Notes: a model not told the origin generated them from the letters alone. 64,000 nucleotides of DNA from Polyangiaceae bacterium (GCA_033763455.1 JANRKO010000092.1:92477-156476); one strand, 5' to 3'. Positions 47,484 to 58,328 are shown, numbered from the stretch's first letter. Translations and numbers: made by a program.

Positions 47484-48236
47484 GTGTCCAAAGGAAATGT
47501 CCTAATCATCGACGCCGACGAGTGGGAAACGGCTCTGCTCGAGAAAAGCCTTCGTGAAGCTGGGTTTGAGGTTTCGATCGCCCGGGCCGCCCGGGAGGGG
47601 CTTACGAAGGCCAAGGCGCTCCTGCCGGATTGTATCGTGTGTGATGTAGAACTTCCCGATATCGACGGTTATTGGGTGGCGCAACGCGTGCGCAATGAGC
47701 GTTCACGGGTGGCCACTATCCCGTTCCTTTTCCTTACCGCCGCCGAAGATCAGAAAGGGCGCTTGATGGGCCTCAGCGTAGGCGCCGATATCTTCATGAC
47801 CAAGCCGGTTCAGCAGGATGAAATCGTGGCTCAGGTCTCGGCGCTCTTGGATATGGCTGCACGCCTTAGAAGCCAGCAGGCAGTTCTAGCAGACACGAGT
47901 CCCCCCTCCCGGCGCGCGGCCGCCTTCCGGGGAGATTTGGCCCAGCTTTCGCTCGGCACGGTGCTCACCATGTTGGAGCTGGAGCGACGTGCAGGCCTCC
48001 TGAAGCTTGAATCTCCGGATGCTCAAGCGATTGCGATTGAGGTTTCCGACGGGACAATTGTTTCCGCTAAGGTTAACGGCGAGCTAAAAGATCCGATCGA
48101 GCTTTTGCGGGGTATCTTGGCCTTGAATCGCGGAACCTTTTGGTTTCGAACGCTCACCGTACCCATTCGGGGCAAGCTCAGGATCGGTATGGCGCTGCTT
48201 GAGGCTTCGCGGCAAGAAGACGAAGCGAACCACTAG
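47484..48236 (+). CDS. Response regulator with DUF4388 domain
   Basis: Receiver PDCIVCDVELP..TKP; FRGDLAQLSLGTVLTMLELERRAG..LLEASRQEDE. Confidence 0.85.
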   Translation: MSKGNVLIIDADEWETALLEKSLREAGFEVSIARAAREGLTKAKALLPDCIVCDVELPDIDGYWVAQRVRNERSRVATIPFLFLTAAEDQKGRLMGLSVGADIFMTKPVQQDEIVAQVSALLDMAARLRSQQAVLADTSPPSRRAAAFRGDLAQLSLGTVLTMLELERRAGLLKLESPDAQAIAIEVSDGTIVSAKVNGELKDPIELLRGILALNRGTFWFRTLTVPIRGKLRIGMALLEASRQEDEANH

Positions 48237-48266
48237 GCGATTTAGGCAGCTTGCGTCTCGGTCCAG

Positions 48267-48815
48267 TCACTCCTGCTTCAAGGGGTCGAGTAGCTGTCCG
48301 GTCGGCGTCAGCCCAGCGCGCCGCCAACGTTCGGTTTCGTTCAATCCTTTGACAGACGGAGGTGGCGTGATGTCTTTGAGGACGAGCCTTGTTTTCAGTC
48401 TGTTGGGGCTCAAGATTTCGATCCGATAAACGCGAGTCGGAGCCCCGCTCAAGATGCGCGCCCGCTCGAAGGTGGTGCGTGTAGGTGTGACTTCGGGATT
48501 GAGCGAGGCCACACGCGCTTTTACGTAGCTGGCGAGCACCAGCGGATCTATCTGGCCGGAGAAATACGCGGAATCTGGGAACACAGCGTCGAGCTGCAAA
48601 TCCCGAGGTGGCACGAAACCAAACACGGCTTGCTTGCCGGCCGCGAGTTCGCCTTCAGCCAGTCGATCCACGGGCGGTGGCTTGGGTGCTTGCTGAGGCG
48701 CAACGTGTTCAGAGACGACAGGCGATTCGCGACACCCGGGGAAGGCCAACAGGCTCAGAGCGTTCGCGAGCAGTGCAATACAACGACTCGTGCGCATATC
48801 TTGCCTACTCGACAA
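48267..48815 (-). CDS. Hypothetical lipoprotein, adjacent to the pilY1 3' end
   Basis: Lipobox-like AFPGC; overlaps or abuts the pilY1 stop. Confidence 0.65.
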   Translation of the reverse strand: MSSRQDMRTSRCIALLANALSLLAFPGCRESPVVSEHVAPQQAPKPPPVDRLAEGELAAGKQAVFGFVPPRDLQLDAVFPDSAYFSGQIDPLVLASYVKARVASLNPEVTPTRTTFERARILSGAPTRVYRIEILSPNRLKTRLVLKDITPPPSVKGLNETERWRRAGLTPTGQLLDPLKQE

Positions 48816-51800
48816 TGGCAGCCCAGGAATCGATCACGGAGCGGAGGGCTGGTGTCGGCAGATCGATCACCTGCGCGTTCGTATTTCCCCCATCGATCTT
48901 GGTGCCACCTGCACCCGTTTGCACGATGAGCTGGAATTTCCCTGTCTGTACGTTCGTCGCGGAGGTGTGGGAACCAAAACCCAGGAATGATTCGGAAGAA
49001 GACGTAGCTTCGTCAAAACACGTGGGCTCCTGAGCAACACCAACGCCGAAAATGGATGTGCGTGTGGAGTTCGTAAGGCTGGTACTCACGTCCAGCTTAT
49101 CGGCGATCACCGCTGGCGGTCCTTTCGCAACTTGAAGGGCGTCTTTGCCTCCGCTGCCCGCTGCATTGACAGGGTCGGGGACTACGTAGTTCATGCCCCA
49201 TACATAGGCCTTGCCGAGTGAACACTCGCCACCACTGCCGTCGTCCGGCAGGAATGAGGAGAAGTAGAGGTTGCGATTGAAGAGACTGAGCGGCCCCGTG
49301 ACGCGCTCACCATTATTGAACGTTTGGTACCAGTTCACTTTGCTTTCAAACGCGGTGCCCGCGCTGTTGAGCTTATCCGTGAGTGACCAGAGGTAGTTCT
49401 TCACACCTGATGTGTACGTGAACACCTCTTGATCACCGGTGCTGAAGTGGACGGTCACGTTGCCTACGTCGTCTACAGACAGGACCGGTGGGGTCGAGAG
49501 CGGTTGCCCGTCGGACGCCGTGTGGGCGAGGGTGCCGCCCGGGAACGCATCGAAGAAAAGCTTCATGGTCCAGTTCGAGGGGTTGGGGGAAGTGAGATCC
49601 ACCTTCCACAAGCCGCCCTCCTTATCGCCTACGAAGATGCGGTCAGCCGAGGCACCCGGCGTTGACGGAAAAGCTACTGGTTCACCAACGATCGGTGCGT
49701 CCAGATCTGCCGTTATAACCCGGCCTGCGGGAAGAGTGGCTGGGCGATCTGTGACTTCGCGACGGAAGGTACGAATGATTTTGCCGTTGTCGAGGCGAAC
49801 GATAGTGAGCGAGCGCCCGGGTTGGGGGGAGGGGTAACAGCGCACCGTGGTCCGCGCGGGGAAGTTGGTGTCGATGTTGGTTGGCGTGGCTGCCCGTGCG
49901 CACGTTCCGGAACTGGCAGCATCTGCATCGCCACCGGGCAACACGGCCACCGGGACTTCTTCCGCTTTGCCGTCGCCACTATCGTCGAAAAAAACTGTGG
50001 TGATGAGTGGCTTGGCGGCACTTGGGCCAAACAGCTTGGAGCCGTCTCCTGCAAGGGTGAGTTGCCAAAGAAACTTCGGCCCCGTTGTGTTGCTAATAGT
50101 GGGCTCGGTAATGTCGAGTGCAAAGTAGCCTGAAACGGTCGCGCCTGGGCCAAAGCTCTGAACGAGGACCGTGCGCCAATCGCCCGATCCTGCTTCGGCA
50201 TCGGCCGCTGTGCGTTCCAACGTATAGGAGCCGTCAGCCTGTTTTGTTGCCACCACATCTTTCACAACGGCGGTGCCGTCGAGCAAAACTTGGCGTTGGG
50301 GCGGATATTGACCCTGGAGTTGGGGCAACACTGCTGGGGGAATGAAGGCCCACATCTCGTTGTTAGCTCGTGAATTGACGGGTGCCACTTCGTTGAAGGG
50401 GGCGGTAAGCTCCCTCTCGTTGCTGGCAACCCGAAAAGCATGCAAGATACCGTCGTTCGTGGACACATAGAGGACGAGGGGGCGTTTGGCCTTGGCATCG
50501 GCGAACTTCGAGTAAGATTCGTCGCGCACGAGCGCGAGCGGTCGATTCACGGCGGTTGGGGTGGAATGCAGGATTTCTCCCAACAAGTGGCAGTCTGTGC
50601 CAGGGGTTTTGCAGCGATGGTAGGTACCGCTGCCATTATCCAGACCCACCAGCCACTTCAAGATTCGATCGCGGCACTCAGCATCGGCAAGGCCAGCGCA
50701 ATCGCCGACGCCACTCGTCAGACCCATCGCAGCAAATGGTGTGCTCGATACGAAACTTGCCGAAGTGCCTGAATATTGGGCACCGCTGTAGGAGGCCAGG
50801 CCGTCTACGTCTGTCGTAAGCGAAGGTCGCAGGGAGTGGCCAGCCTTGCCGAGAGCCGCGTCATCTTTGACCGAGATGAATACCCGATTGTCAGCGCTCT
50901 GGGCGTTCAGATTTGCGGCAAAGCTGTCACCTGCGTCTGGGTCGATCTTTACGGCCTTGGGCTTCCCCAAGGCACTTGGATCGTCGCAGGTGTACCGTTG
51001 GCGATCCAGCTGTCCGTCGGGCAGTTGAACGAGCTGTGACGCTGCGGACACCGGATTAAAGGAGCTGAAGAAGCGGAAGCCCTTGGAGTCTGAGGCGGTG
51101 GAGGCCGTAGCGAATGACGGGAGAGTACGGGTGGTGGTGGTGGCGAAGCTCCCGAGGATCTTGCTAAGCGCGACACCCAGCGCGTTCTTGTCGGTCGCGA
51201 AGGAAGCCTTGGTTGTTCCTCCCTTAAAAGCAATACGGTTGAGGGTACAACACGCTTGCAGGTTCACGTTATCTTTATTGGCAATATCGTTGCAGAGGCC
51301 TGTTACTCCTGTAAGGTCATCGGTGGTGAAGTTGTTGCAGTCCTTCGTTACTGAGCCAACCGTAACTTGCGACAGTGCAAAGCCGACTACATAGGTCTTC
51401 ACTGGGGGAGGATTTGACGAGGTGGCCAGTGTTTCTGCGGTAGTTTCGGGTTTTTCGTAGGGGCACTGGCCCGCTGGCGGCCCCGGTCCTTCACACGAGG
51501 GACGTAGATCCAGATTCGGTTCTCCATCCGTGAGTAGGACGATAGCCTGCTGGCGACAACCTTTGAGAATGAAGGGATCGTCTTTTGGCCCAAATTTCAG
51601 AGCGCCGTTCAGCGGATCGGTGGAAGCATCGTTCCACAAAAAGTCTTTGGCATCTTGCATGATGCCGGCAATGGGTGTGGCGCCGAAAGGTCGAGTGGCT
51701 AGAAGAATTTCCTGTATTTGCGTGTTTCGCCCCACAACGGCGGCGCTACCTGCTGCAGGATTTCCGAACGCCACCATCCTCCCCTCCCACGGCGGGGCCG

Positions 51801-52542
51801 CGGCATTGCGAGCGCCCACCTCGAGATCAAACGCGGTGCTGCAAGCTTCTGGTCGACCAGCACCAGAGGCGCTGTTGAGAAAGTAACTCCAAGTTCCCTG
51901 GATCCCATTCAGGAATTGGGAGGATGTTCCGGAGACACCGGTACCCTTGTGCGGCAGCGTATCGAAGGTCATCAAACCAAAACGCATAAACTGGCCGTAG
52001 CTATCGAGAATGCCATCGGCCGTCTGCGTGAACGTGGTGCACGGAGTCGCGAGGTTGGAGTAGTCATGGTATCCCACAGCGCCTGCGGGATAGTCATACG
52101 CGTTTGGGCTCGGTAATACTCCGGGGCCAGGCGTGCAGGTCCCGCTCAGAGGGCGGTGGTAGGCATTGACGTAGTTGAAATCGTAAGGCAGGTTGCCATC
52201 CAGCGAATACTCGTTTCTGAAGCTCGTGCTGTTGCGTGCAAGGGCTTGGCACCGGTAGTTCTGAATAGAGCCAGTCAGCACTTCGATGGTTTCGATCCAG
52301 CGGCTGCGCTCGCTAGGAGAAACCCCCGTTGGATCGCACTGGGGCGGATCTTGGCTTGCGGACTTTCGCTCCATCGATCCCGAGGTATCCACAATCAGGA
52401 GGATATTGGGCAGGGGCGGATTCGTGTCGGCCAACCCCTGAGCTCTCACGCTAGGCGCCACGACGCTCAGGGTGGATGCAGCACCCAACAACAGCAAACG
52501 ATTTGGCAGGGTTCTCATAGCTCTCATCCTTCGATGTTTCAT
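48805..52542 (-). CDS. pilY1: Type IV pilus tip adhesin PilY1/PilC
   Basis: vWA MIDAS DTSGSM and TDGEP; LGEILHSTP, NDGILHAF, EMWAFIP, LDG, GDKEGGLWKVDL beta-propeller. Confidence 0.88.
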   Translation of the reverse strand: MKHRRMRAMRTLPNRLLLLGAASTLSVVAPSVRAQGLADTNPPLPNILLIVDTSGSMERKSASQDPPQCDPTGVSPSERSRWIETIEVLTGSIQNYRCQALARNSTSFRNEYSLDGNLPYDFNYVNAYHRPLSGTCTPGPGVLPSPNAYDYPAGAVGYHDYSNLATPCTTFTQTADGILDSYGQFMRFGLMTFDTLPHKGTGVSGTSSQFLNGIQGTWSYFLNSASGAGRPEACSTAFDLEVGARNAAAPPWEGRMVAFGNPAAGSAAVVGRNTQIQEILLATRPFGATPIAGIMQDAKDFLWNDASTDPLNGALKFGPKDDPFILKGCRQQAIVLLTDGEPNLDLRPSCEGPGPPAGQCPYEKPETTAETLATSSNPPPVKTYVVGFALSQVTVGSVTKDCNNFTTDDLTGVTGLCNDIANKDNVNLQACCTLNRIAFKGGTTKASFATDKNALGVALSKILGSFATTTTRTLPSFATASTASDSKGFRFFSSFNPVSAASQLVQLPDGQLDRQRYTCDDPSALGKPKAVKIDPDAGDSFAANLNAQSADNRVFISVKDDAALGKAGHSLRPSLTTDVDGLASYSGAQYSGTSASFVSSTPFAAMGLTSGVGDCAGLADAECRDRILKWLVGLDNGSGTYHRCKTPGTDCHLLGEILHSTPTAVNRPLALVRDESYSKFADAKAKRPLVLYVSTNDGILHAFRVASNERELTAPFNEVAPVNSRANNEMWAFIPPAVLPQLQGQYPPQRQVLLDGTAVVKDVVATKQADGSYTLERTAADAEAGSGDWRTVLVQSFGPGATVSGYFALDITEPTISNTTGPKFLWQLTLAGDGSKLFGPSAAKPLITTVFFDDSGDGKAEEVPVAVLPGGDADAASSGTCARAATPTNIDTNFPARTTVRCYPSPQPGRSLTIVRLDNGKIIRTFRREVTDRPATLPAGRVITADLDAPIVGEPVAFPSTPGASADRIFVGDKEGGLWKVDLTSPNPSNWTMKLFFDAFPGGTLAHTASDGQPLSTPPVLSVDDVGNVTVHFSTGDQEVFTYTSGVKNYLWSLTDKLNSAGTAFESKVNWYQTFNNGERVTGPLSLFNRNLYFSSFLPDDGSGGECSLGKAYVWGMNYVVPDPVNAAGSGGKDALQVAKGPPAVIADKLDVSTSLTNSTRTSIFGVGVAQEPTCFDEATSSSESFLGFGSHTSATNVQTGKFQLIVQTGAGGTKIDGGNTNAQVIDLPTPALRSVIDSWAAIVE

Positions 52543-53258
52543 TCGACGGGTCCAAACTCAACGTACGCTCGCGTGGTTTCGATGCCTGTAACGGCAGCCG
52601 CTCCTTCGACGCACGCGGTGTCTCCCGTAAAGGGTGTTACTTGGCCCATCGCCGTTGCGGTCACTCGGGCATAACGTGAAAGGCTGCCACTTCCGCTGAG
52701 GTCGCTTCCGGCGACTGGCGCAGCGTATCCTCGATCGGAAAGCTCGACCACGAAGTTCCCCTCCAACGCCGCTCCAGTCGCAGGCGAGTACGGGCCTAGG
52801 CTACCGGGCTCTGCGGGTGGACCGTTCTTGGCGTTGTCCAGTAACGCTTGGGTCGGGTAGAACGAATTCACGCGTTCTTGAATTTCCCGCATCGAATATC
52901 GGAGGCACCTGCCCGCGTCTGAGTCAGCCACCATCCCGCGAGTTGCACGACAGGCCTCGCGGCTTTTGCCCATGCGGTCGAGGGCCAATGCGCCGCTTCC
53001 TCCCCCGAGTTCAGTAGCAGCGGCAAGTGTTCCAAGCGCTGAGACATAGTGAGTTTGAAGGAACTGCCGATCGAAGCCGGCCGCGCGATCTACCAAACTA
53101 GCAGCGCGCGCGGCGTAGACGCCGACAGCCGTGAGCAGTGTCATGACCGTGAGCACCACAAAAATTGTGGCGCCGCGCTCTCTGCGTCGCGCCTGAAACG
53201 AAAGGAGTTGGGTTCTCCTCTGCCTCTGGGTTGAGACTTGTGTGTTGGTGACTTCCAT
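52539..53258 (-). CDS. pilX: Minor pilin PilX-like
   Basis: RG|ATIFVVL prepilin site lacking Glu5. Confidence 0.7.
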   Translation of the reverse strand: MEVTNTQVSTQRQRRTQLLSFQARRRERGATIFVVLTVMTLLTAVGVYAARAASLVDRAAGFDRQFLQTHYVSALGTLAAATELGGGSGALALDRMGKSREACRATRGMVADSDAGRCLRYSMREIQERVNSFYPTQALLDNAKNGPPAEPGSLGPYSPATGAALEGNFVVELSDRGYAAPVAGSDLSGSGSLSRYARVTATAMGQVTPFTGDTACVEGAAAVTGIETTRAYVEFGPVE

Positions 53259-53261
53259 CTG

Positions 53262-54548
53262 CTACCTCTGGTTCCTGAGCGCGATGTCGGCTTGCATGGT
53301 CCGCACGCGTGCGAATGGCGCAGCTCCGTTCGCCCCCAGGCCAATGCGGTAGAGCCCTGGCGCGACCGTGGAGTTGGGTGTAATGTTGGTGTCGCGATCT
53401 GGATCACGCGAGCGCACGCTGAGGCGCGTGCGAACCGAACGAATGAATTCGGGTCCGATGTTGTCGCCCAGCCCCGAGGGTAGCCCTGCCCATAGAAGCA
53501 CGTCAGCGTCGGTCGAAGGGATCGTTTCCAGCAGAGGGGCGGTAACCGGCGTGCTGGTGCTGGCGTTCTCCACCACAGTGAGCCCGAAGCGAAGGTCAAC
53601 CGCGTATTCTGCCACTAACTCGCGTGTGTTGGTTATCTCGTTTCCGTCGACATCAAGCTCGACGCGGATAAGATCTGTACGCGTGGTGTCGCGGGTTGCT
53701 GCAATTACTGCAGGGTCGGTTTCGATCGCCCTGACAAAATCGGGGTAAGCGGTGGCGTTCTGAATGTTGCGGATCTCGTAGACCACAAAGTTCACTACGT
53801 TTACTAGCGTACCTTCCCCAAGATCATGAAAGCCGCAAAGGGAGCCATCTTCCCTAAATTGTATTGCCGGTCTATTGCCTAAAATGATGCGGGGCGAAGC
53901 GTCTGCAACAACACCTGTGATGGTGCCGTACTGCACCTTGCCTTCCTTATCCACCAGGCGAAGCGCTCGACCCGCGGGAAACACACTCTGAAGCAGAGCG
54001 GTTGGATCTGTCGAGGTCCCGTAACCAAGCCGCTGCATGGGGCCCAGATTAGGCTGCAGGTACACTTCAGTGGTGCCTGCAGCCGCGCCTTTCTTAACGG
54101 TCCTCGTGCCAAACTGCTCAGCAGATGAGTACGCTCCGGCCAGGCGCAAACGAACGGGCGCTACTTGGCCGGTTAACTCCGCGGGCATGACCTCGCCGGC
54201 CTTGATCATGATGCTCGAAAGGTTCGCCAGCTCAGTCGGCCAGAGGTTGGCTTGCGTTAACGGAGGCCCGCACAAACGCGTCGGCTCGCGTCGAATATTG
54301 GGGCTAGAGAGGAAGCCCGCTCGAGCAATGTCTGCACTCAAGCGCTGAAAGCCGATGATCTCTGAGAGATTCGCATTGGCCATGCGGGATTCACGTTGAT
54401 AAAAACGAGTACTGTCGCGCGCCAACACGAACACGACTGTAGAGATGAACAACCCGCCTGTGAGGGCTACCATGAGCTCCGTTAACGTGAAGCCGCGTTG
54501 CTTAGCGTAAGTGTGCAGTGATGTGGAAAACGGAGACATCTTCTTCAC
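53262..54548 (-). CDS. pilW: Minor pilin PilW-like
   Basis: RG|FTLTELMVAL, DIARAGF, large globular domain. Confidence 0.8.
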   Translation of the reverse strand: MKKMSPFSTSLHTYAKQRGFTLTELMVALTGGLFISTVVFVLARDSTRFYQRESRMANANLSEIIGFQRLSADIARAGFLSSPNIRREPTRLCGPPLTQANLWPTELANLSSIMIKAGEVMPAELTGQVAPVRLRLAGAYSSAEQFGTRTVKKGAAAGTTEVYLQPNLGPMQRLGYGTSTDPTALLQSVFPAGRALRLVDKEGKVQYGTITGVVADASPRIILGNRPAIQFREDGSLCGFHDLGEGTLVNVVNFVVYEIRNIQNATAYPDFVRAIETDPAVIAATRDTTRTDLIRVELDVDGNEITNTRELVAEYAVDLRFGLTVVENASTSTPVTAPLLETIPSTDADVLLWAGLPSGLGDNIGPEFIRSVRTRLSVRSRDPDRDTNITPNSTVAPGLYRIGLGANGAAPFARVRTMQADIALRNQR

Positions 54549-55165
54549 TGGAGCAGGTTCTGACGAACGGCCGAAGCCTTGTAGACAAAGTAGTATTCCT
54601 GAAGCTTGTCACCGATGGCGCTGGCGAGGATAGCGTTGCTGCAGAAAGCTTCGTTGTTATCCACTCCAGGTCGCCTCCAGAATACGCGTACTTCCGTGCG
54701 GATGAGGCCGTTGCCCAGGTTTCCTTCGGCCTCGGTGGAGGGGTAGAGATTGGACAGTCGAATATGGGTGCAGAAGTTAGCCTGCGCTGCGTTCGTTGGT
54801 AACAATACGGGATTGCCGAGCGCATCGAAAGCTGGGCCAAATTGGAGGTCATCATTCCACGCCGGTTGAAACCAAGCGGGCGTCGGCGAAACATTTTTGA
54901 GCCAGGCCGTATCGTCGATATCGGAGCTGCTAATCTGGGCTGAGGGGTGGTTCCATTGGACTGCATCTGCGGCCAGCATCTCCTGCCATGACTGAGCGAT
55001 GCGGGTCGCGATAGCCAGGTTCTTTGCGTGCTGGTTGGCGGTTACCGTAACTTTTTGGAGAGCAATGATGGCAGTTACGCCGATGGCAAACAGTGAGATG
55101 GCCATCATCAATTCCACGACGGTGTAGCCTGCGTGCCGGAGCAAAGGCCTGGAGCGCGGCTTCAT
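54545..55165 (-). CDS. pilV: Minor pilin PilV-like
   Basis: AG|YTVVELMMA, EVRVFW. Confidence 0.75.
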   Translation of the reverse strand: MKPRSRPLLRHAGYTVVELMMAISLFAIGVTAIIALQKVTVTANQHAKNLAIATRIAQSWQEMLAADAVQWNHPSAQISSSDIDDTAWLKNVSPTPAWFQPAWNDDLQFGPAFDALGNPVLLPTNAAQANFCTHIRLSNLYPSTEAEGNLGNGLIRTEVRVFWRRPGVDNNEAFCSNAILASAIGDKLQEYYFVYKASAVRQNLLQ

Positions 55166-55887
55166 CGGAGGATCCTTGCGGCTCCGTTGGGCAAAATGGC
55201 TACCATGCGTTCAACTCCCACTGGCTGAGTGGCCGCACCAGGATAGCGACCCACATTTACCTGGTGCACGCCCACAAGTGGAACAAACTGCCCATTGGCT
55301 GCCGTGCGTCGGAAGCTACGACCCATGGCGGAGAAGCAAACGTCCAGGTAATTAAGCTCTGCGCCCGTAGGGGGAAGCAGAGTGCTGCGGAGATCCTGGC
55401 CCACGGCGGTCAGATTGAGACGGTCGATGACTCGATTATCGTCCGTGGCCGGGTTGGCTGTGGCCCACGTTTGGGCGAGCCCGGCGGTGTTAGTGCTGCA
55501 GCTGGAGCTCGGCAGTCTCTGACAGTTCGCTCCGCTGGCATTTCCCACAGGCGTGGTGCCACCCCAAACCGCCTCCCTGACCTCAAACGATGAAACGTTC
55601 CCCGACTTCGTGTAGCGCACCAACACGGCCGAACCTCTGCCCATCGCCTGTAACCGAGCATTGCGGTAGAGCGTTGCAATCTCTTCGCCCGCCTGACGCA
55701 CCCGGCGGTCGCGCATGCGATTCACCAGTGCCGGGATGGCTACCACCGAAAGAACGCCGATGATGACCACGACCACCAAGAGCTCCGCCAGCGTGAACCC
55801 CTGGACGCCTCTGCGAGCGTGCACTCTTTCTAGTAATGCTGTATTGCCGGGGAGCGGAGCCATCGGGCTCCAATCAGCAAACCCCAT
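55162..55887 (-). CDS. fimU: Minor pilin FimU/FimT-like
   Basis: QG|FTLAELLVVVVIIG, ARLQAM, CFSAMGR. Confidence 0.75.
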   Translation of the reverse strand: MGFADWSPMAPLPGNTALLERVHARRGVQGFTLAELLVVVVIIGVLSVVAIPALVNRMRDRRVRQAGEEIATLYRNARLQAMGRGSAVLVRYTKSGNVSSFEVREAVWGGTTPVGNASGANCQRLPSSSCSTNTAGLAQTWATANPATDDNRVIDRLNLTAVGQDLRSTLLPPTGAELNYLDVCFSAMGRSFRRTAANGQFVPLVGVHQVNVGRYPGAATQPVGVERMVAILPNGAARILR

Positions 55888-56003
55888 GCCGTCGCCGCAA
55901 CGCTTTCATACCCCCGATCGTGCGCAATCTTCGACCTTCAGTCGCTCGCGGCGAAGTAAGCGTTGCGGAGCTATGCAACCTTTGCAGGGTTGGAGGTAGG
56001 GAA

Positions 56004-57110
56004 ATGCGAGCTCGTTACCCCGCCCCCGGCACTTCAGGAAGTCTCGTTCCTTGTGCCTTGCTGGCGCTCTCTGCGCTGATAGCCATCGCCTGTGATTCAG
56101 AATCCGCGCTGAAGGTTCTTGGGCGCCATTCTGCGCCGCCACAGGTTTTAGAATGCGAATCATCGCCAGGGGAAATTAGGAAAACGCGTTTGCCTGCGAA
56201 GCTTGGCTCACTGTGTCTTGCCTCAACTGCGCCGATTCGGAGCTTTGGCACTGGGAGCACACCGCTCTACTCCTTTTGCCGTGGATTGTTGGGCACCGAT
56301 TGCGCCGAGTTCACGCCGTTTCACTTGCTGCAAGCGGAAGCGGGAGTATACCGCTCCAAGCATGGCGACGCTGCCATAGACGCAGTGGTTCTCGCGTTCG
56401 AGACACCCGCGCTCGCCTTTGGCTATTTCAGCCGATCTGTGCTGGCTTCTGAGGATCCTCGCAAGACGCCGTATGTCGCGTTGTTGGGCGACGGTGCCGC
56501 TGCGCAGAGCAACATTGACGCCCGTGCGGTTACGGGAAATCAAGTGGTTATTCTGCGCTTGAGCGACTCTGAGCAGCCGACAGAGCGTGTTGTTGAGCGT
56601 GCGCGTGTACTTCTGCCGGAGGCAGTGCGGGGTCTTACGCGGGCACTCGGGGGCGCAAGTGAATTGCCGCTAGAGGTTCGGCTTCTTCCGAGCGCAGGTC
56701 TGCTTCCGTTGGGGATGGCCTATGAGCCCGAGAACGTGCTTGATGTCGGTGGGCTTGGACCGGGCGCTGTGGGTTACTACGCGCGGGGCGTCAAACGCTG
56801 GCGCTTGGCCGCCGTCGATGGGGTGGAAGAGGCGGCAGCCCTGGACGTCGTGAGTACGCTCCGCAAGTTCCATGGGGCCACTGTATTGAAACAGGCCCCG
56901 TTTGACGCTCTGACGTTCACCACACCGCGGACTGAGGCGCAGGCCCCCTCGACGTGGTTTCTCACGCGGCGCGCTCAGCGTGTTTATGCGATCGGCGACG
57001 ATGATTTCGTCGGTTCGCGCGCACAAGCCGAAATTGCCCAGCTAACGGAGTCCGAAAAGTTGCAGGAGCTCGGGCGTTTTGCCCGTTCGGCCGAAGCGAT
57101 TCGAAAGTGA
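56004..57110 (+). CDS. Hypothetical lipoprotein
   Basis: ATG after GGAGG, lipobox-like AIAC, long ORF divergent from the pilin cluster. Confidence 0.65.
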   Translation: MRARYPAPGTSGSLVPCALLALSALIAIACDSESALKVLGRHSAPPQVLECESSPGEIRKTRLPAKLGSLCLASTAPIRSFGTGSTPLYSFCRGLLGTDCAEFTPFHLLQAEAGVYRSKHGDAAIDAVVLAFETPALAFGYFSRSVLASEDPRKTPYVALLGDGAAAQSNIDARAVTGNQVVILRLSDSEQPTERVVERARVLLPEAVRGLTRALGGASELPLEVRLLPSAGLLPLGMAYEPENVLDVGGLGPGAVGYYARGVKRWRLAAVDGVEEAAALDVVSTLRKFHGATVLKQAPFDALTFTTPRTEAQAPSTWFLTRRAQRVYAIGDDDFVGSRAQAEIAQLTESEKLQELGRFARSAEAIRK

Positions 57111-57155
57111 GCGAAGAATTGGCGGGCGAGCCCCTTTGAGGCTTAACTATGTAGG

Positions 57156-58301
57156 GTGAACTTCGATATTTCCGAGCAACACCAGATCCTGCGGCAAACG
57201 GTGCGTGAGTTCTGCGAGCGGCGCGTACGGCCCAACGCTCGAAAGTGGGACGCGGAGGAACGCTTCCCGACCGAGATCGTGCCCGAGCTCGCTCAGCTTG
57301 GCATGCTTGGCATCCGGATCCCTGAGGAGTACGGCGGCGCAGGCATGGATATGTTGAGCTACGCCGTGTGTGTTGAGGAATGCGCGCGTGTAGACGGCTC
57401 CTTGGCGCTCACGGTGGCGAGCCACAACGGCCTCGGCACAGGGCATATTTTGAAGTTTGGAACGGAGGCTCAAAAGCAGAAGTATCTACGTGCGGCAGCG
57501 AGCGGAGAATGGCTTGCGGCTTGGGCCCTCACCGAACCAGGCTCCGGCTCCGATGCCGCCGCACTTCGCACGACGGCCGTGAGAGATGGTGATGGGTGGC
57601 TGATCAACGGCACCAAGATGTTCATTACTCAAGGCTCTGTGGGTGGATTTTGTGTGGTGTTGGCGCGCACGAATCTTGGGGTGGCGCCACAGAAAGGGAT
57701 AACGGCTTTCATCGTCCCGACCGACACGCCCGGCTATTTTGCAAGCAAGAAGTTGGAGAAGTATGGCTGTCGGTCCAGCGATACCGTGGAGCTCACGTTC
57801 GAGAACGTATGGGTTTCCGATGAGCAGCGTTTGGGGGAGGTGGATAATGGCTTCATCGACACCATGCGCATTCTGGATGGTGGCCGCGTTTCCATCGCGG
57901 CCATGGCGCTCGGCCTTGGCCGCGGCGCGCTGGATATGGCCCTTCGCTACTCCAAAGATCGGGAGGCCTTTGGGAACCCCATTTCCGAGTTTCAGGCCAT
58001 CCGTTGGATGTTAGCTGATGGACGCACGGCTCTCGATGCTGCCGAGCTGCTCACCTACCGAGCCGCGTGGTTGGCGGACCAAGGCCGCCCCTTCACGCTG
58101 GAGGCTTCACAGGCGAAGCTTTTTGCGAGCGAGGCAGCCACTAAGATCTGCAACGATAGTATGCAAATCCATGGCGGATATGGCTTTACACGCGAGTTTG
58201 ATATCGAACGGCACTTGCGAGACGTGAAGCTGTGTGAAATTGGCGAAGGTACTAGCCAAGTTCAACGCATGGTGATCTCAAAGTGGGTGCTGAGAGAATG
58301 A
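57156..58301 (+). CDS. Acyl-CoA dehydrogenase
   Basis: IPEEYGGAG, ALTEPGSGSDA, GGRVSIAA, QIHGGYG, IGEGTSQVQR. Confidence 0.95.
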   Translation: MNFDISEQHQILRQTVREFCERRVRPNARKWDAEERFPTEIVPELAQLGMLGIRIPEEYGGAGMDMLSYAVCVEECARVDGSLALTVASHNGLGTGHILKFGTEAQKQKYLRAAASGEWLAAWALTEPGSGSDAAALRTTAVRDGDGWLINGTKMFITQGSVGGFCVVLARTNLGVAPQKGITAFIVPTDTPGYFASKKLEKYGCRSSDTVELTFENVWVSDEQRLGEVDNGFIDTMRILDGGRVSIAAMALGLGRGALDMALRYSKDREAFGNPISEFQAIRWMLADGRTALDAAELLTYRAAWLADQGRPFTLEASQAKLFASEAATKICNDSMQIHGGYGFTREFDIERHLRDVKLCEIGEGTSQVQRMVISKWVLRE

Positions 58302-58328
58302 AACGGCCCGGTGGCTCCGAGCCCGCAC

